DNA of 64,000 nt, from assembly GCA_964035575.1 (NCBI GenBank), contig OZ037835.1, positions 930,001 to 994,000 on the forward strand. The letters run 5' to 3'. Each line of letters begins with the position of its first letter. Position 1 is the first letter of the stretch. The stretch is from Rhynchopus sp. YZ270_cl-10 (Eukaryota). Both the position numbers and the translations under genes were made by a program. Positions 48,571-59,496 of this stretch are shown one piece after another. Below the pieces are notes generated by a model. That model was not told the DNA's origin and did no database searches. It saw only the letters and a list, made by a program, of their open reading frames with translations.

Positions 48571-49267
48571 TTTATTTTTGTAGAGGTTGTGTAAGATTTG
48601 TGGTGAAACGCACACACCTCGACCTGTTTGGTGAGGAGTGGCTCTGCAGCGCGGTTCGTCTCTAGAACCGCAAAGTGTGTTCAAAATGCTTCGTTTCTAT
48701 TTCCTCCTTCATTTCATGAGGTGACACAAAAAAAGTCACGCCTTTTGTACTTCACCGTTGAAAGCCGATAGGCAGCGGCATTTCTACTCCACTTCACACG
48801 CGAAGAGTGTGAAGAGGAAGGCGATGGACAAAAAAATACGATGCTTTCATGGACTCCCAACCGAGGGGAACGGAAGAACGACCTTGACAGAAGAAAATAA
48901 AATTGCACCCCAAGCTGCCAAAGTGAGCGAAAATGTTGAGCGAGGTTACAACTCTGCATAGAGCAGCTGACGAAGCTTCTGTGAACACACATGAAGCAAA
49001 GCTGTTTGATAAAACCAACAAACACATTCAGAAGAACTTCAGAGCAGCCACCTGAACTAGCTGGGTGTTGGGAGGTGTTGGGAGGCGTTGGGAGGCATTG
49101 GGAGGTGTTGGCGGGCGTTGGGAGGTGAGACACTTTTTTCCCCACCTGCGTGAGCCTTTTTCTCGTTGGTGAAGTTTTTAAACACCTGCATTGTCATTTC
49201 CGGAATCCGTCCTCGCTGTGGTGGGGTCAATTTGCCGAAATGGACAAGTTCTGAGTATATACGTGAT

Positions 49268-49699
49268 CACAGTATACACAGTATACACAGTATACACAGT
49301 ATACACAGTATACACAGTATACACAGTATACACAGTATACACAGTATACACAGTATACACAGTATACACAGTATACACAGTATACACAGTATACACAGTA
49401 TACACAGTATACACAGTATACACAGTATACACAGTATACACAGTATACACAGTATACACAGTATACACAGTATACACAGTATACACAGTATACACAGTAT
49501 ACACAGTATACACAGTATACACAGTATACACAGTATACACAGTATACACAGTATACACAGTATACACAGTATACACAGTATACACAGTATACACAGTATA
49601 CACAGTATACACAGTATACACAGTATACACAGTATACACAGTATACACAGTATACACAGTACACAGTACACAGTACACAGTACACAGTACACAGTACAG
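49268..49699. repeat. (CAGTATACA)n microsatellite grading into (CAGTACA)n
   Basis: Perfect 9-nt then 7-nt tandem units. Confidence 0.95.
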
Positions 49700-50007
49700 C
49701 ACCAGAGGTCGGGATTTTCCTTTGGAGGGCATCTAAATTAATACATTTTTTCGCTTTTTTCCCAAATTTCCACTTTGCCTTTGCCACTATTCTTTTGTTT
49801 GACTTTGGAACCGGGACCCCACCCTGGAACCCCCTCCAGAAGGGGGTACAGAACACCAGTGTTTTTTCTAAGGGGGTTGGAGGGGGGCACTTTACACCCC
49901 TGGGATTTTTTTGGGGAAATACCGCCCCCCTCGAGGGGGGCGGTATTTTGGATTTTATTTTTTGGATTACTGTGGGTTTAAAGATCAGTGGGACATTTTC
50001 AAACACC

Positions 50008-50200
50008 ATGTCGCTCACTCCGACCACTGCGCCGTCCGTCTACGCCCAGGACAGGCGTTTTTTGGTAGCAGTCAGCAAGTACTGCTGGCTAGAAGCCAAC
50101 GCAGACGGGTACTATTGTACCCTCTGCCGCCGACACTACAACACTGGGAGTGGGTATCAAGCCCAATGGACAACGTGCAGAGGCTGGACGAGAAAGCAGA
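50008..50200 (+). pseudogene. Possible N-terminal Zn-finger fragment of a hAT transposase
   Basis: YCWLEANADGYYCTLCR resembles WL...CxxC TTF-type fingers; no continuation. Confidence 0.35.
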
Positions 50201-50489
50201 GCGACACCACGTCAGCGTCCACAGGAGAGCAACGATCTGAGCAACGATCCCAGCAACGATCCTCCTCCTATGTCTTGATAAAGTACGCTACACACACACC
50301 ATGATATTCTGATGAGACTGAGGCCTCGTCGAGAAAGCTCGGAATACACCCAAAAATCCCTGAAAAACCACTTTTTCTGGGGAAAAATTTTTTTTTTTTA
50401 CCGCCCCCCTCGAAATGAAAAACCCAAATCCTAGAAAAAACACTGAACACCCTCAAAAAAAAAAATTCCCAAAATTCGGGCTAAATTGG

Positions 50490-50565
50490 AGGGGTGTTGG
50501 GAGGTGTTGGGAGGTGTTGGGAGGTGTTGGGAGGTGTTGGGAGGTGTTGGGAGGGCGTTGGGAGG
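50490..50565. repeat. (GGTGTTGGGA)n 10-nt repeat; related tract at 49063-49126
   Basis: Directly visible. Confidence 0.85.
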
Positions 50566-51482
50566 GTTTGCCGTTTTTTGCAAATCAGGTGGAGCAGGTC
50601 CGGAAAGCAAGGCGCATTTCATCGTCCATGATTTGGGTGCCACGGGGGAGTGCAGTGTGCACAATACAAAGAGCGCGAAACTGCGATGCGAGTTTTGCAC
50701 TGGAACCCCGTACCCTCAAGGGGACGAGCTTCACGGGAGACGAGTTCATAGGAGTGACCAAAGACGCCTTCCAAAGGAGACGGGGAAATGGTGTGGCCGA
50801 AGAGGACATTAAGAAGCACTTCAGGGGAAGGTCCTGCAGGCCAGGCGCATTTGTAATAAAAGAGATGCCTTTCAAAAGAGGCGGGGATACCTATTACCAG
50901 GGACACCTATCCTGATCTTATCAAGAAAACAAAAAGTTAACTTGAAGTACAACAGCCCCGCTCGTGAACAGCCTACCTTGGTACATGACCGGTGTACCGG
51001 GGTGGAATAGTCATACCATCCATTTCTTGGTTTGTATGCTTTAAAAAAAAAAACAAGTAATTGCTATCGGGAAGAGAAACAAAACGGGGTGTACTGTGGA
51101 TATGGGGAGGTCTTTTTTGAAGGAAAAAAAATAGAGAAATTGGAGGGGAAAAAAGGGGCGATTTGTAACAAAACAAGGTTCTAGCGTGGAGTGCATCCTC
51201 GGGTGTCCTACGCTTATACAACCAAGTGGAAAAAGAAAAAGGAGAAAAAAAAACGCCCCTTTAGGCAAGCCAAGAATGAGAAAAAGCGTGAAGCTTCTGA
51301 GGATGCTTCAGCTTGACAAAATTTTGGCGTTCGTGATGGTGTGGGGAGGAGTATTCAGTATTGATGGGTTGTCTGAGGTCGAAATGGGTGGGGTGGGATC
51401 TTGTTTCTGTTTTCTTTTGCACGACCCATGAGAGAAGATAGGATGGCTGCGACATCCTTTGGTCGCTGCAAACCCCTGCCCT

Positions 51483-52685
51483 TCACGAACACACACACCC
51501 ACTGCAGCGTGACTCAACAGTTGCCTGCAAGGGGGGCGGACGGGGACGAGGTGGACCATGTTGCAGGGCGTCCTGCTCTGACACCTGCATGTTGATGGCA
51601 GCAATGTCGAGCACCGAGATGACGTTTCCGACAACGACCAGCCTGCACCCGTCAGTCGAGGCATGCACAGACCACGTGCCATCTGCGTCGATGCGTCCCA
51701 TGGGGGCTCCACTGCGTGCGTCCCACTGCTGCACACTCCTGGTAGAGGCCGTGAAGAGGTATCGCGAGCACGCACTGAAACAGGCAGCATTCATCGCGTC
51801 ACCTCCGCTGGGCAGTGTGCAGAGGACCTGCCCGGAGTCCATGTCAATGGTGCGGACGGTGTCCTTGTAGCCACAGCTCAACACTGCGAGGCTTGCGTCA
51901 GGCGAAAATGACGGCCTCACAGAGGACGACCCCCTCATCCCTCTGTGCACACGGTGCACCTCACGCAGCTCAGGGGTGTCCAGACGGAACACCACAATTT
52001 CTGGGATTGCGTTGATCAATAACAGGGACTCGCAGGGTGACACTGCAAAGGGGTACCCACATTGAGCAATGGCACGCATCGTCACCCCCTCGCCGGAGTA
52101 CTGTAAGATCCGCTCCCTTTTCGCAATCAGCACCGTCTCGCTGACCCTCATGGCCACAAGCCTGTGAACCCTGCATCCCATACGTACCACAACCTCTGCA
52201 CCGCTGTCCCGCCGTCTAAAGTGCACAGCATTGCTCCCTGCATCACAGTAAACGATGTGGTGTGGCATGAGAACCATCTTGAACTGGGGTACGTCTATGG
52301 GAGGGAGAGGTGTGACCTCGGTGGTGACGAGGTTGATGGTGACGGCGTGTTCGCCACCCACTACGAGTGTGTCCTCGCATACGTCTGCGATGCAGCCTCC
52401 CACAGTATAGCGCTTCGGCACCCACACACCACTGCTGTCCTGCTTCCGTCTGCTCACATGGACAGTCCCGCCTGCGCACAGTGTGGTGTGGGCAATCAGA
52501 ACCTCCGGTGCCAGCACCTCACCATCAGCACCATCCACACACAGCCCCACTGCCTCGGCCGACACCACGCTCTGTGGGTACAACACCGCAACAGCACGCT
52601 CCTGCAGATCTGCAGCACTGCAACCCTCCCCCACCTCTGCAGCACAGCGTTTTCCAGATGTTGTGCATTCAAACCATATCTCCAT
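51483..52685 (-). CDS. Ubiquitin-like + WD40-like beta-propeller + CaaX protein, copy 1 (400 aa)
   Basis: N-terminal ~78 aa with a beta-grasp-like pattern; blades AVSPCE, SFSPDASL, ACFSACSRYLFTAS...VQQWDARSG; ends CSGCVCS. Confidence 0.85.
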   Translation of the reverse strand: MEIWFECTTSGKRCAAEVGEGCSAADLQERAVAVLYPQSVVSAEAVGLCVDGADGEVLAPEVLIAHTTLCAGGTVHVSRRKQDSSGVWVPKRYTVGGCIADVCEDTLVVGGEHAVTINLVTTEVTPLPPIDVPQFKMVLMPHHIVYCDAGSNAVHFRRRDSGAEVVVRMGCRVHRLVAMRVSETVLIAKRERILQYSGEGVTMRAIAQCGYPFAVSPCESLLLINAIPEIVVFRLDTPELREVHRVHRGMRGSSSVRPSFSPDASLAVLSCGYKDTVRTIDMDSGQVLCTLPSGGDAMNAACFSACSRYLFTASTRSVQQWDARSGAPMGRIDADGTWSVHASTDGCRLVVVGNVISVLDIAAINMQVSEQDALQHGPPRPRPPPLQATVESRCSGCVCS

Positions 52686-53443
52686 TGTGTGGTCACTGTC
52701 TGAGAGGGGGCGGTGGGAGAAGCAGGGTGTCGGTGTGCTGAGTGGATGGGGGATGTTTGAGTGAATGGAACAAAGGTTGCTTTTGTGAGATGAATGTGCA
52801 CCTCCCAGCTACACACCATCTGCAGTGATCCAAGAACACATAGGGAGGGGTTGTGTGAGGTCGAAATGGTTCAGGGGTGGGATCTTGTTTTTGTTTTCTT
52901 TTCCAAACTCATGAGAGAAGATAGGATGGCTGCAACATCCTTTGGTTGGGTAAGCAGCCTCACCGAAGCCTTTGCTTTGCATGTTTAAGAGAAGGGGTAA
53001 CACAGAGAAGAGTTGAGATGAACCTAAGCCTCTCTGTGCTTGGACACCTCATAAAAGGGAAGCAAGATGCAACAACACAAACCGATACACACAGTGGTAT
53101 GATGATCTTGTGCAGAGCGAGATGTGGTTTTGGGTTTCTTTTTGGGTCTCGACTAAATGTCAAATGTAATTTCGATATTTTCAAAATCTTTTTTTCGAGA
53201 TCTCGATTCTCCCTGTCAACAGTACATAACGACTTTCTCGTGTATAAAATTTAGCAAGAAATTTTATTCTTCCTTTTGTCTACAAACATACGAAGCGTTA
53301 CGTGTACGGTTTTTAAGGAAATAATTCAAACCGACATGATTCCTCATCATTGTATAAAAAAGAACACAAAACCCCCCCACCACAACAGACGAGCCACTAC
53401 ACAAATAACACCTCACAGACTCATCTTGGGCACACCCTCCCCT

Positions 53444-54724
53444 TCACGAACACACACACCCACTGCAGCGTGACTCCGTTGCCACAACAGTTCCTTTCAA
53501 GGGGAGCGGACGGGGACGGGGGGGGCCATGTTGCAGGGCGTCCTGCTCTGACACCTGCATGTTGATGGCAGCAAGGTCGAGCACCGAGATGACGTTTCCG
53601 ACAACGACCAGCCTGCACCCGTCTGTCGAGGCATGCACAGACCCGCAAACCCGCAAACCGACAGACCACGTGTCGGTATACACAGACCACGTGTCATCTG
53701 CGTCGATGCGTCCCATGGGGGCTCCACTGCGTGCGTCGTACTGCTGCAAACTCCTGAGAGTGACAGTGAAGAGGTATCGCGAGCACGCACTGAAACAGGC
53801 ACCGTATATAGTGTCACCTCCACAGCTCAGTGTGCAGAGCGTCTGCCCGGATACGATATCAATGGTGCGGACAGTGCGCTTCTCGCCACAGCTCAACACT
53901 GCGAGGCTTGCGTCGGGCGAAAATGAGGGCCGCAAACAGGACGTCCCGCTCGACCCTCTGTACAACCCTGTGTCCATACAGTGCACCAGACGCAGCTCAG
54001 GGGTGTCCATACGGTACAATGCAGAAGGTCGGTATCCATTGCTCAATAACAGAGACTCGCAGGGTGACACTGCAAAGGAACACCCATAGTGATCAATGGT
54101 ACGCATCTTCACCCCCTCGCAGGTGTACTGTACGATCTTCTTACTGGTCCCAATCAGCACAGCCTCCGTGACCCGCATGGCCACAAGGCGGTGAACCCTG
54201 TACTCAACCGTGCGTGCCACACGTACCACAACCTCTGCACCGCTGTCCCGCCGTCTAAAGTGCACAGAAGTGCCAAGTACACCACAGTAGACGATGTGGT
54301 GTGGCATGAGAACCACCAGGCACAGACGTCCGAGTCCACTAGGGAGAGGTGTGACCTCGGTGGTGACGAGGTTGATGGTGACGGCGTGTTCGCCACCCAC
54401 TACGAGTGTGTCCTCGCATACGTCTGCGATGCAGCCTCCCACAGTATAGCGCTTCGGCACCCACACACCACTGCTGTCCTGCTTCCGTCTGCTCACATGG
54501 ACAGTCCCGCCTGCGCACAGTGTGGTGTGGGCAATCAGAACCTCCGGTGCCAGCACCTCACCATCAGCACCATCCACACACAGCCCCACTGCCTCGGCCG
54601 ACACCACGCTCTGTGGGTACAACACCGCAACAGCACGCTCCTGCAGATCTGCAGCACTGCAACCCTCCCCCACCTCTGCAGCACAGCGTTGTCCAGATGT
54701 TGTGCATTCAAACCATATCTCCAT
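53444..54724 (-). CDS. UBL + beta-propeller + CaaX protein, copy 2 (426 aa)
   Basis: Intact paralogue of copy 1. Confidence 0.85.
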   Translation of the reverse strand: MEIWFECTTSGQRCAAEVGEGCSAADLQERAVAVLYPQSVVSAEAVGLCVDGADGEVLAPEVLIAHTTLCAGGTVHVSRRKQDSSGVWVPKRYTVGGCIADVCEDTLVVGGEHAVTINLVTTEVTPLPSGLGRLCLVVLMPHHIVYCGVLGTSVHFRRRDSGAEVVVRVARTVEYRVHRLVAMRVTEAVLIGTSKKIVQYTCEGVKMRTIDHYGCSFAVSPCESLLLSNGYRPSALYRMDTPELRLVHCMDTGLYRGSSGTSCLRPSFSPDASLAVLSCGEKRTVRTIDIVSGQTLCTLSCGGDTIYGACFSACSRYLFTVTLRSLQQYDARSGAPMGRIDADDTWSVYTDTWSVGLRVCGSVHASTDGCRLVVVGNVISVLDLAAINMQVSEQDALQHGPPRPRPLPLKGTVVATESRCSGCVCS

Positions 54725-55541
54725 TGCGTGGTCACTGTCTGAGAGGGGGCGGTGGGAGAAGCAGGGTGTCGGTGTGCTGAGTGGATGGGGGATGTTTGAG
54801 TGAATGGAACAAAGGTTGCTTTTGTGAGATGAATGTGCACCTCCCAGCTACACACCATCTGCAGTGATCCAAGAACACATAGGGAGGGGTTGTTTCAGGT
54901 CGAAATGGTTTATGGGGTGGGATCTTGTTTTTGATTTCTTTTTCAAACTCATGAGAGAAGATAGGATGGCTGCAACATCCTTTGGTTGGGTAAGCAGCCT
55001 CATCGAAGCCTTTGCTTTGCATGTTTAAGAGAAGGGGTAACACAGAGAAGAGTTGAGATGAACCTAAGCCTCTCTGTGCTTGGCCACCTCATAAAAGGGA
55101 AAGCAAGATGCAATAAAACAAACCGACAGTCAACAACACAGTCGTGCAAAGATCTTTGTGCAGAGCGAGATGTGGTTTTGGGTTTCTTTTTCGAGTCTCG
55201 ACTAAATGTGAAATGCAATTTCGAGCTCTCGATTCTCCCGGCCAACAGTTGATAAAGATTTCTTGTGCAAAAAATTCGAGAACAACCCCGGGAGACACAA
55301 ACGTGTACGATCACAGGCCTTGCCACTCCGCAAGCTGTTGTGTTGTTTCCCCACTGCACGGTGCTGGTTGTGGCGTGTGAAAAAGCTAAACAAAGCATCT
55401 GTCAGAAGTTTCTATTTCCTGTTGCAAGAAATTGGTATAACAATAAACACACACACACAAACTTCCTCATCTCACTCAGCTCAACAACAAACAGCTTCAA
55501 TCACCCGCAGACGCACGGCCCAACGAACCACACCCTCCCCT

Positions 55542-56744
55542 TCACGAACACACACACCCACTGCAGCGTGACTCCGTTGCCACAGCAGTTCCTTTCAAGG
55601 GGAGGGGACGGGGGGGACCATGTTGCAGGGCGTCCTTCTCGGATACCTGCATGTTGAAGTCAGCAATGTCGAGCACCGAGATGACGTCTGCTACAACAAG
55701 CAGCCTGCACCCGTCTGTCGAGGCATGCACAGACCACGTGTAGTTGTTGCGGATGCGTCCCATAAGGGCTCCACTGCGTGCGTCCCACTGCTGCACACCC
55801 CTGCTAGAGGCTGTGAAGAGGTATCGCGAGCACGCACTGAAACAGGCAGCATTAATAGTATATCCACTACCCAATGTGCAGAAGAATCGCCCGGAGACGA
55901 TGTCAATGGTGCGGACCCTGTACCTCTCACCATAGCGGAACACTGCGAGGCTTGCGTCGGGCGAAAACGACGGCCGGAAAGAGGACGGTCGCAAATGGGA
56001 CAAACCTGTGTCCACACGGTGCACCAGACTCAGCTCAGGGGTGTCCAGACGGTGCACCACAACGGAAGGGTTGTTGCTCAATAACAATGTCTCGCAGGGT
56101 GACACTGCAAAGCGGTACCCAGAGTGATCAATGGTACACATCTTCACCCCCTCGCAGGAGTACTGTACGATCTGTTTTCTGGTCCCAATCAGCACCGTCT
56201 CGGTGACACGCATGGCCTCAATGCTGTTCACCTCTTCACCCATACGTACCACAACCTCTGCACCGCTGTCCCGCGGTCTAAAGTACACAGCATAGGGTTC
56301 AATACAGTACACGATGTGGTGTGGCATGAGAACCACCAGGCACAGACGTCCGAGTCCACTAGGGAGAGGTGTGACCTCGGTGGTGACGAGGTTGATGGTG
56401 ACGGCGTGTTCGCCACCCACTACGAGTGTGTCCTCGCATACGTCTGCGATGCAGCCTCCCACAGTATAGCGCTTCGGCACCCACACACCACTGCTGTCCT
56501 GCTTCCGTCTGCTCACATGGACAGTCCCGCCTGCGCACAGTGTGGTGTGGGCAATCAGAACCTCCGGTGCCAGCACCTCACCATCAGCACCATCCACACA
56601 CAGCCCCACTGCCTCGGCCGACACCACGCTCTGTGGGTACAACACCGCAACAGCACGCTCCTGCAGATCTGCAGCACTGCAACCCTCCCCCACCTCTGCA
56701 GCACAGCGTTTTCCAGATGTTGTGCATTCAAACCATATCTCCAT
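55542..56744 (-). CDS. UBL + beta-propeller + CaaX protein, copy 3 (400 aa)
   Basis: Intact paralogue. Confidence 0.85.
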   Translation of the reverse strand: MEIWFECTTSGKRCAAEVGEGCSAADLQERAVAVLYPQSVVSAEAVGLCVDGADGEVLAPEVLIAHTTLCAGGTVHVSRRKQDSSGVWVPKRYTVGGCIADVCEDTLVVGGEHAVTINLVTTEVTPLPSGLGRLCLVVLMPHHIVYCIEPYAVYFRPRDSGAEVVVRMGEEVNSIEAMRVTETVLIGTRKQIVQYSCEGVKMCTIDHSGYRFAVSPCETLLLSNNPSVVVHRLDTPELSLVHRVDTGLSHLRPSSFRPSFSPDASLAVFRYGERYRVRTIDIVSGRFFCTLGSGYTINAACFSACSRYLFTASSRGVQQWDARSGALMGRIRNNYTWSVHASTDGCRLLVVADVISVLDIADFNMQVSEKDALQHGPPRPLPLKGTAVATESRCSGCVCS

Positions 56745-57503
56745 TGTGTGGTCACTGTCTGAGAGGGGGCGGTGGGAGAAGCAGGGTGTCGGTGTGCTGA
56801 GTGGATGGGGGATGTTTGAGTGAATGGAACAAAGGTTGCTTTTGTGAGATGAATGTGCACCTCCCAGCTACACACCATCTGCAGTGATCCAAGAACACAT
56901 AGGGAGGGGTTGTTTCAGGTCGAAATGGTTTATGGGGTGGGATCTTGTTTTTGATTTCTTTTTCAAACTCATGAGAGAAGATAGGATGGCTGCAACATCC
57001 TTTGGTTGGGTAAGCAGCCTCACCGAAGCCTTTGCTTTGCATGTTTAAGAGAAGGGGTAACACAGAGAAGAGTTGAGATGAACCTAAGCCTCTCTGTGCT
57101 TGGCCACCTCATAAAAGGGAAGCAAGATGCAACAACACAAACCGATACACACAGTGGTATGATGATCTTGTGCAGAGCGAGATGTGGTTTTGGGTTTCTT
57201 TTTGGGTCTCGACTAAATGTCAAATGCAATTTCGATATTTTCAAAATCTTTTTTTCGAGATCTCGATTCTCCCAGTCAACAGTAGATAACGACTTTCTCG
57301 CGTATAAAATTTTGCAAGAAATTTTATTCTTCCTTTTGTCTACAAACATACGAAGCGTTACGTGTACGGTTTTTAAGGAAATAATACAAAACGAGATGAT
57401 TCCTCATCATTGTATAAAAAAGAACACAAAACCCCCCCACCACAACAGACGAGCCACTTCACAAATAACACCTCACAGACTCATCATGAGCACACCCTCC
57501 CCT

Positions 57504-58739
57504 TCACGAACACACACACCCACTGCAGCGTGACTCCGTTGCCACAACAGTTCCTTTAAAGGTAGAATGCAAGGGGAGCGGACGGGGACGAGGTGGACCA
57601 TGTTGCAGGGCGTCCTGCTCTGACACCTGCATGTTGATGGCAGCAAGGTCGAGCACCGATATGACATGTATTTTGGAGACAACGACCAGCCTGCACCCGT
57701 CTGTCGAGGCATGCACAGACCACGTGTCGTCTGCGTCGATGCGTCCCATGGGGGCTCCACTGCGTGCGTCCCACTGCTGCACACTCCTGGTAGAGGCCGT
57801 GAAGAGGTATCGCGAGCACGCACTGAAACAGGCAGCATTTATCGTGGCTCCTCCGCTGGGCAGTGTGCAGAGGGCCTGCCCGGATACGATGTCAAGGGTG
57901 CGGACGGTGTGGTTGTCGCTAGAGCTCAACACTGCGAGGCTTGCGTCGGGCGAAAACGACGGTATCGGCCGCACCCAGGACGTCGTACCCATCGCTCCGT
58001 CCACACGGTACACCTCACGCAGCTCAGGGGTGTCCAGACGGAACACTGCAGAAGTTAGGTATCCGTTGATCAATAACAGGGACTCGCAGGGTGATACTGC
58101 AAAGGGGTACCCCCATTGATCAATGGCACGCATCTTCACCCCCTCGCAGGTGTACTGTACGATCCGATGACCCATCCCAACCAGCACTGTCTCGCTGACC
58201 CTCATGGCCACAAGGCTATAAACCCTGTCTGCCATACGTACCACAACCTCTGCACCGCCGTCCCGCGGTCTAAAGTGTACAACATTCCCCAGCGTACTAC
58301 AGTAGACGATGTGGTGTGGCATGAGAACGATCGTGCACCCAGGTACGTTTATGGGAGGGAGAGGTGTGACCTCGGTGGTGACGAGGTTGATGGTGACGGC
58401 GGGTTCGCCACCCACTACGAGTGTGTCCTCGCATACGTCTGCGATGCAGCCTCCCACAGTATAGCGCTTCGGCACCCACACACCACTGCTGTCCTGCTTC
58501 CGTCTGCTCACATGGACAGTCCCGCCTGCACACAGTGCGGTGTGGGCAATCAGAACCTCCGGTGCCAGCACCTCACCATCAGCACCATCCACACACAGCC
58601 CCACTGCCTCGGCCGACACCACGCTCTGTGGGTACAACACCGCAACAGCACGCTCCTGCAGATCTGCAGCACTGCAACCCTCCCCCACCTCTGCAGCACA
58701 GCGTTGTCCAGATGTTGTGCATTCAAACCATATCTCCAT
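57504..58739 (-). CDS. UBL + beta-propeller + CaaX protein, copy 4 (411 aa)
   Basis: Intact paralogue. Confidence 0.85.
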   Translation of the reverse strand: MEIWFECTTSGQRCAAEVGEGCSAADLQERAVAVLYPQSVVSAEAVGLCVDGADGEVLAPEVLIAHTALCAGGTVHVSRRKQDSSGVWVPKRYTVGGCIADVCEDTLVVGGEPAVTINLVTTEVTPLPPINVPGCTIVLMPHHIVYCSTLGNVVHFRPRDGGAEVVVRMADRVYSLVAMRVSETVLVGMGHRIVQYTCEGVKMRAIDQWGYPFAVSPCESLLLINGYLTSAVFRLDTPELREVYRVDGAMGTTSWVRPIPSFSPDASLAVLSSSDNHTVRTLDIVSGQALCTLPSGGATINAACFSACSRYLFTASTRSVQQWDARSGAPMGRIDADDTWSVHASTDGCRLVVVSKIHVISVLDLAAINMQVSEQDALQHGPPRPRPLPLHSTFKGTVVATESRCSGCVCS

Positions 58740-59496
58740 TGTGTGGTCACTGTCTGAGAGGGGGCGGTGGGAGAAGCAGGGTGTCGGTGTGCTGAGTGGA
58801 TGGGGGATGTTTGAGTGAATGGAACAAAGGTTGCTTTTGTGAGATGAATGTGCACCTCCCAGCTACACACCATCTGCAGTGATCCAAGAACACATAGGGA
58901 GGGGTTGTTTCAGGTCGAAATGGTTTATGGGGTGGGATCTTGTTTTTGATTTCTTTTTCAAACTCATGAGAGAAGATAGGATGGCTGCAACATCCTTTGG
59001 TTGGGTAAGCAGCCTCACCGAAGCCTTTGCTTTGCATGTTTAAGAGAAGGGGTAACACAGAGAAGAGTTGAGATGAACCTAAGCCTCTCTGTGCTTGGCC
59101 ACCTCATAAAAGGGAAGCAAGATGCAACAACACAAACCGATACACACAGTGGTATGATGATCTTGTGCAGAGCGAGATGTGGTTTTGGGTTTCTTTTTGG
59201 GTCTCGACTAAATGTCAAATGTAATTTCGATATTTTCAAAATATTTTTTTCGAGATCTCGATTCTCCCAGTCAACAGTAGATACCGACTTTCTCGCGTAT
59301 AAAATTTTGCAAGAAATTTTATTCTTCCTTTTGTCTACAAACATACGAAGCGTTACGTGTACGGTTTTTAAGGAAATAATTCAAACGGACATGATTCCCC
59401 AAAATTGTATAAAAAAGAACACAAAACCCCCCCACCACAACAGACGAGCCACTACACAAAACACCTCACAGACTCATCTTGGGCACACCCTCCCCT

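Larger units (their letters stand above)
43396..48726 (-). mobile_element. Complete tyrosine-recombinase (DIRS-order) retrotransposon with split direct repeats; gene order gag-YR-RT/RH
   Basis: A1 48598-48726 = A2 43443-43571 (129 bp); B1 43571-43638 = B2 43396-43463 (68 bp); order A1-ORFs-B1-A2-B2; no TSD; three intact ORFs. Confidence 0.93.

Noticed and set aside
49166..50027. Long ORFs (HSI, VYT, YCV repeats) and similar ORFs at 23179-23531, 24009-24385 and 41030-41576
   Set aside because: These are translations of stop-free microsatellites.
49063..50565. Telomere-like repeats (TTGGGAGGTG)
   Set aside because: These are short internal 10-nt tracts, not TTAGGG, and are likely TE subterminal repeats.
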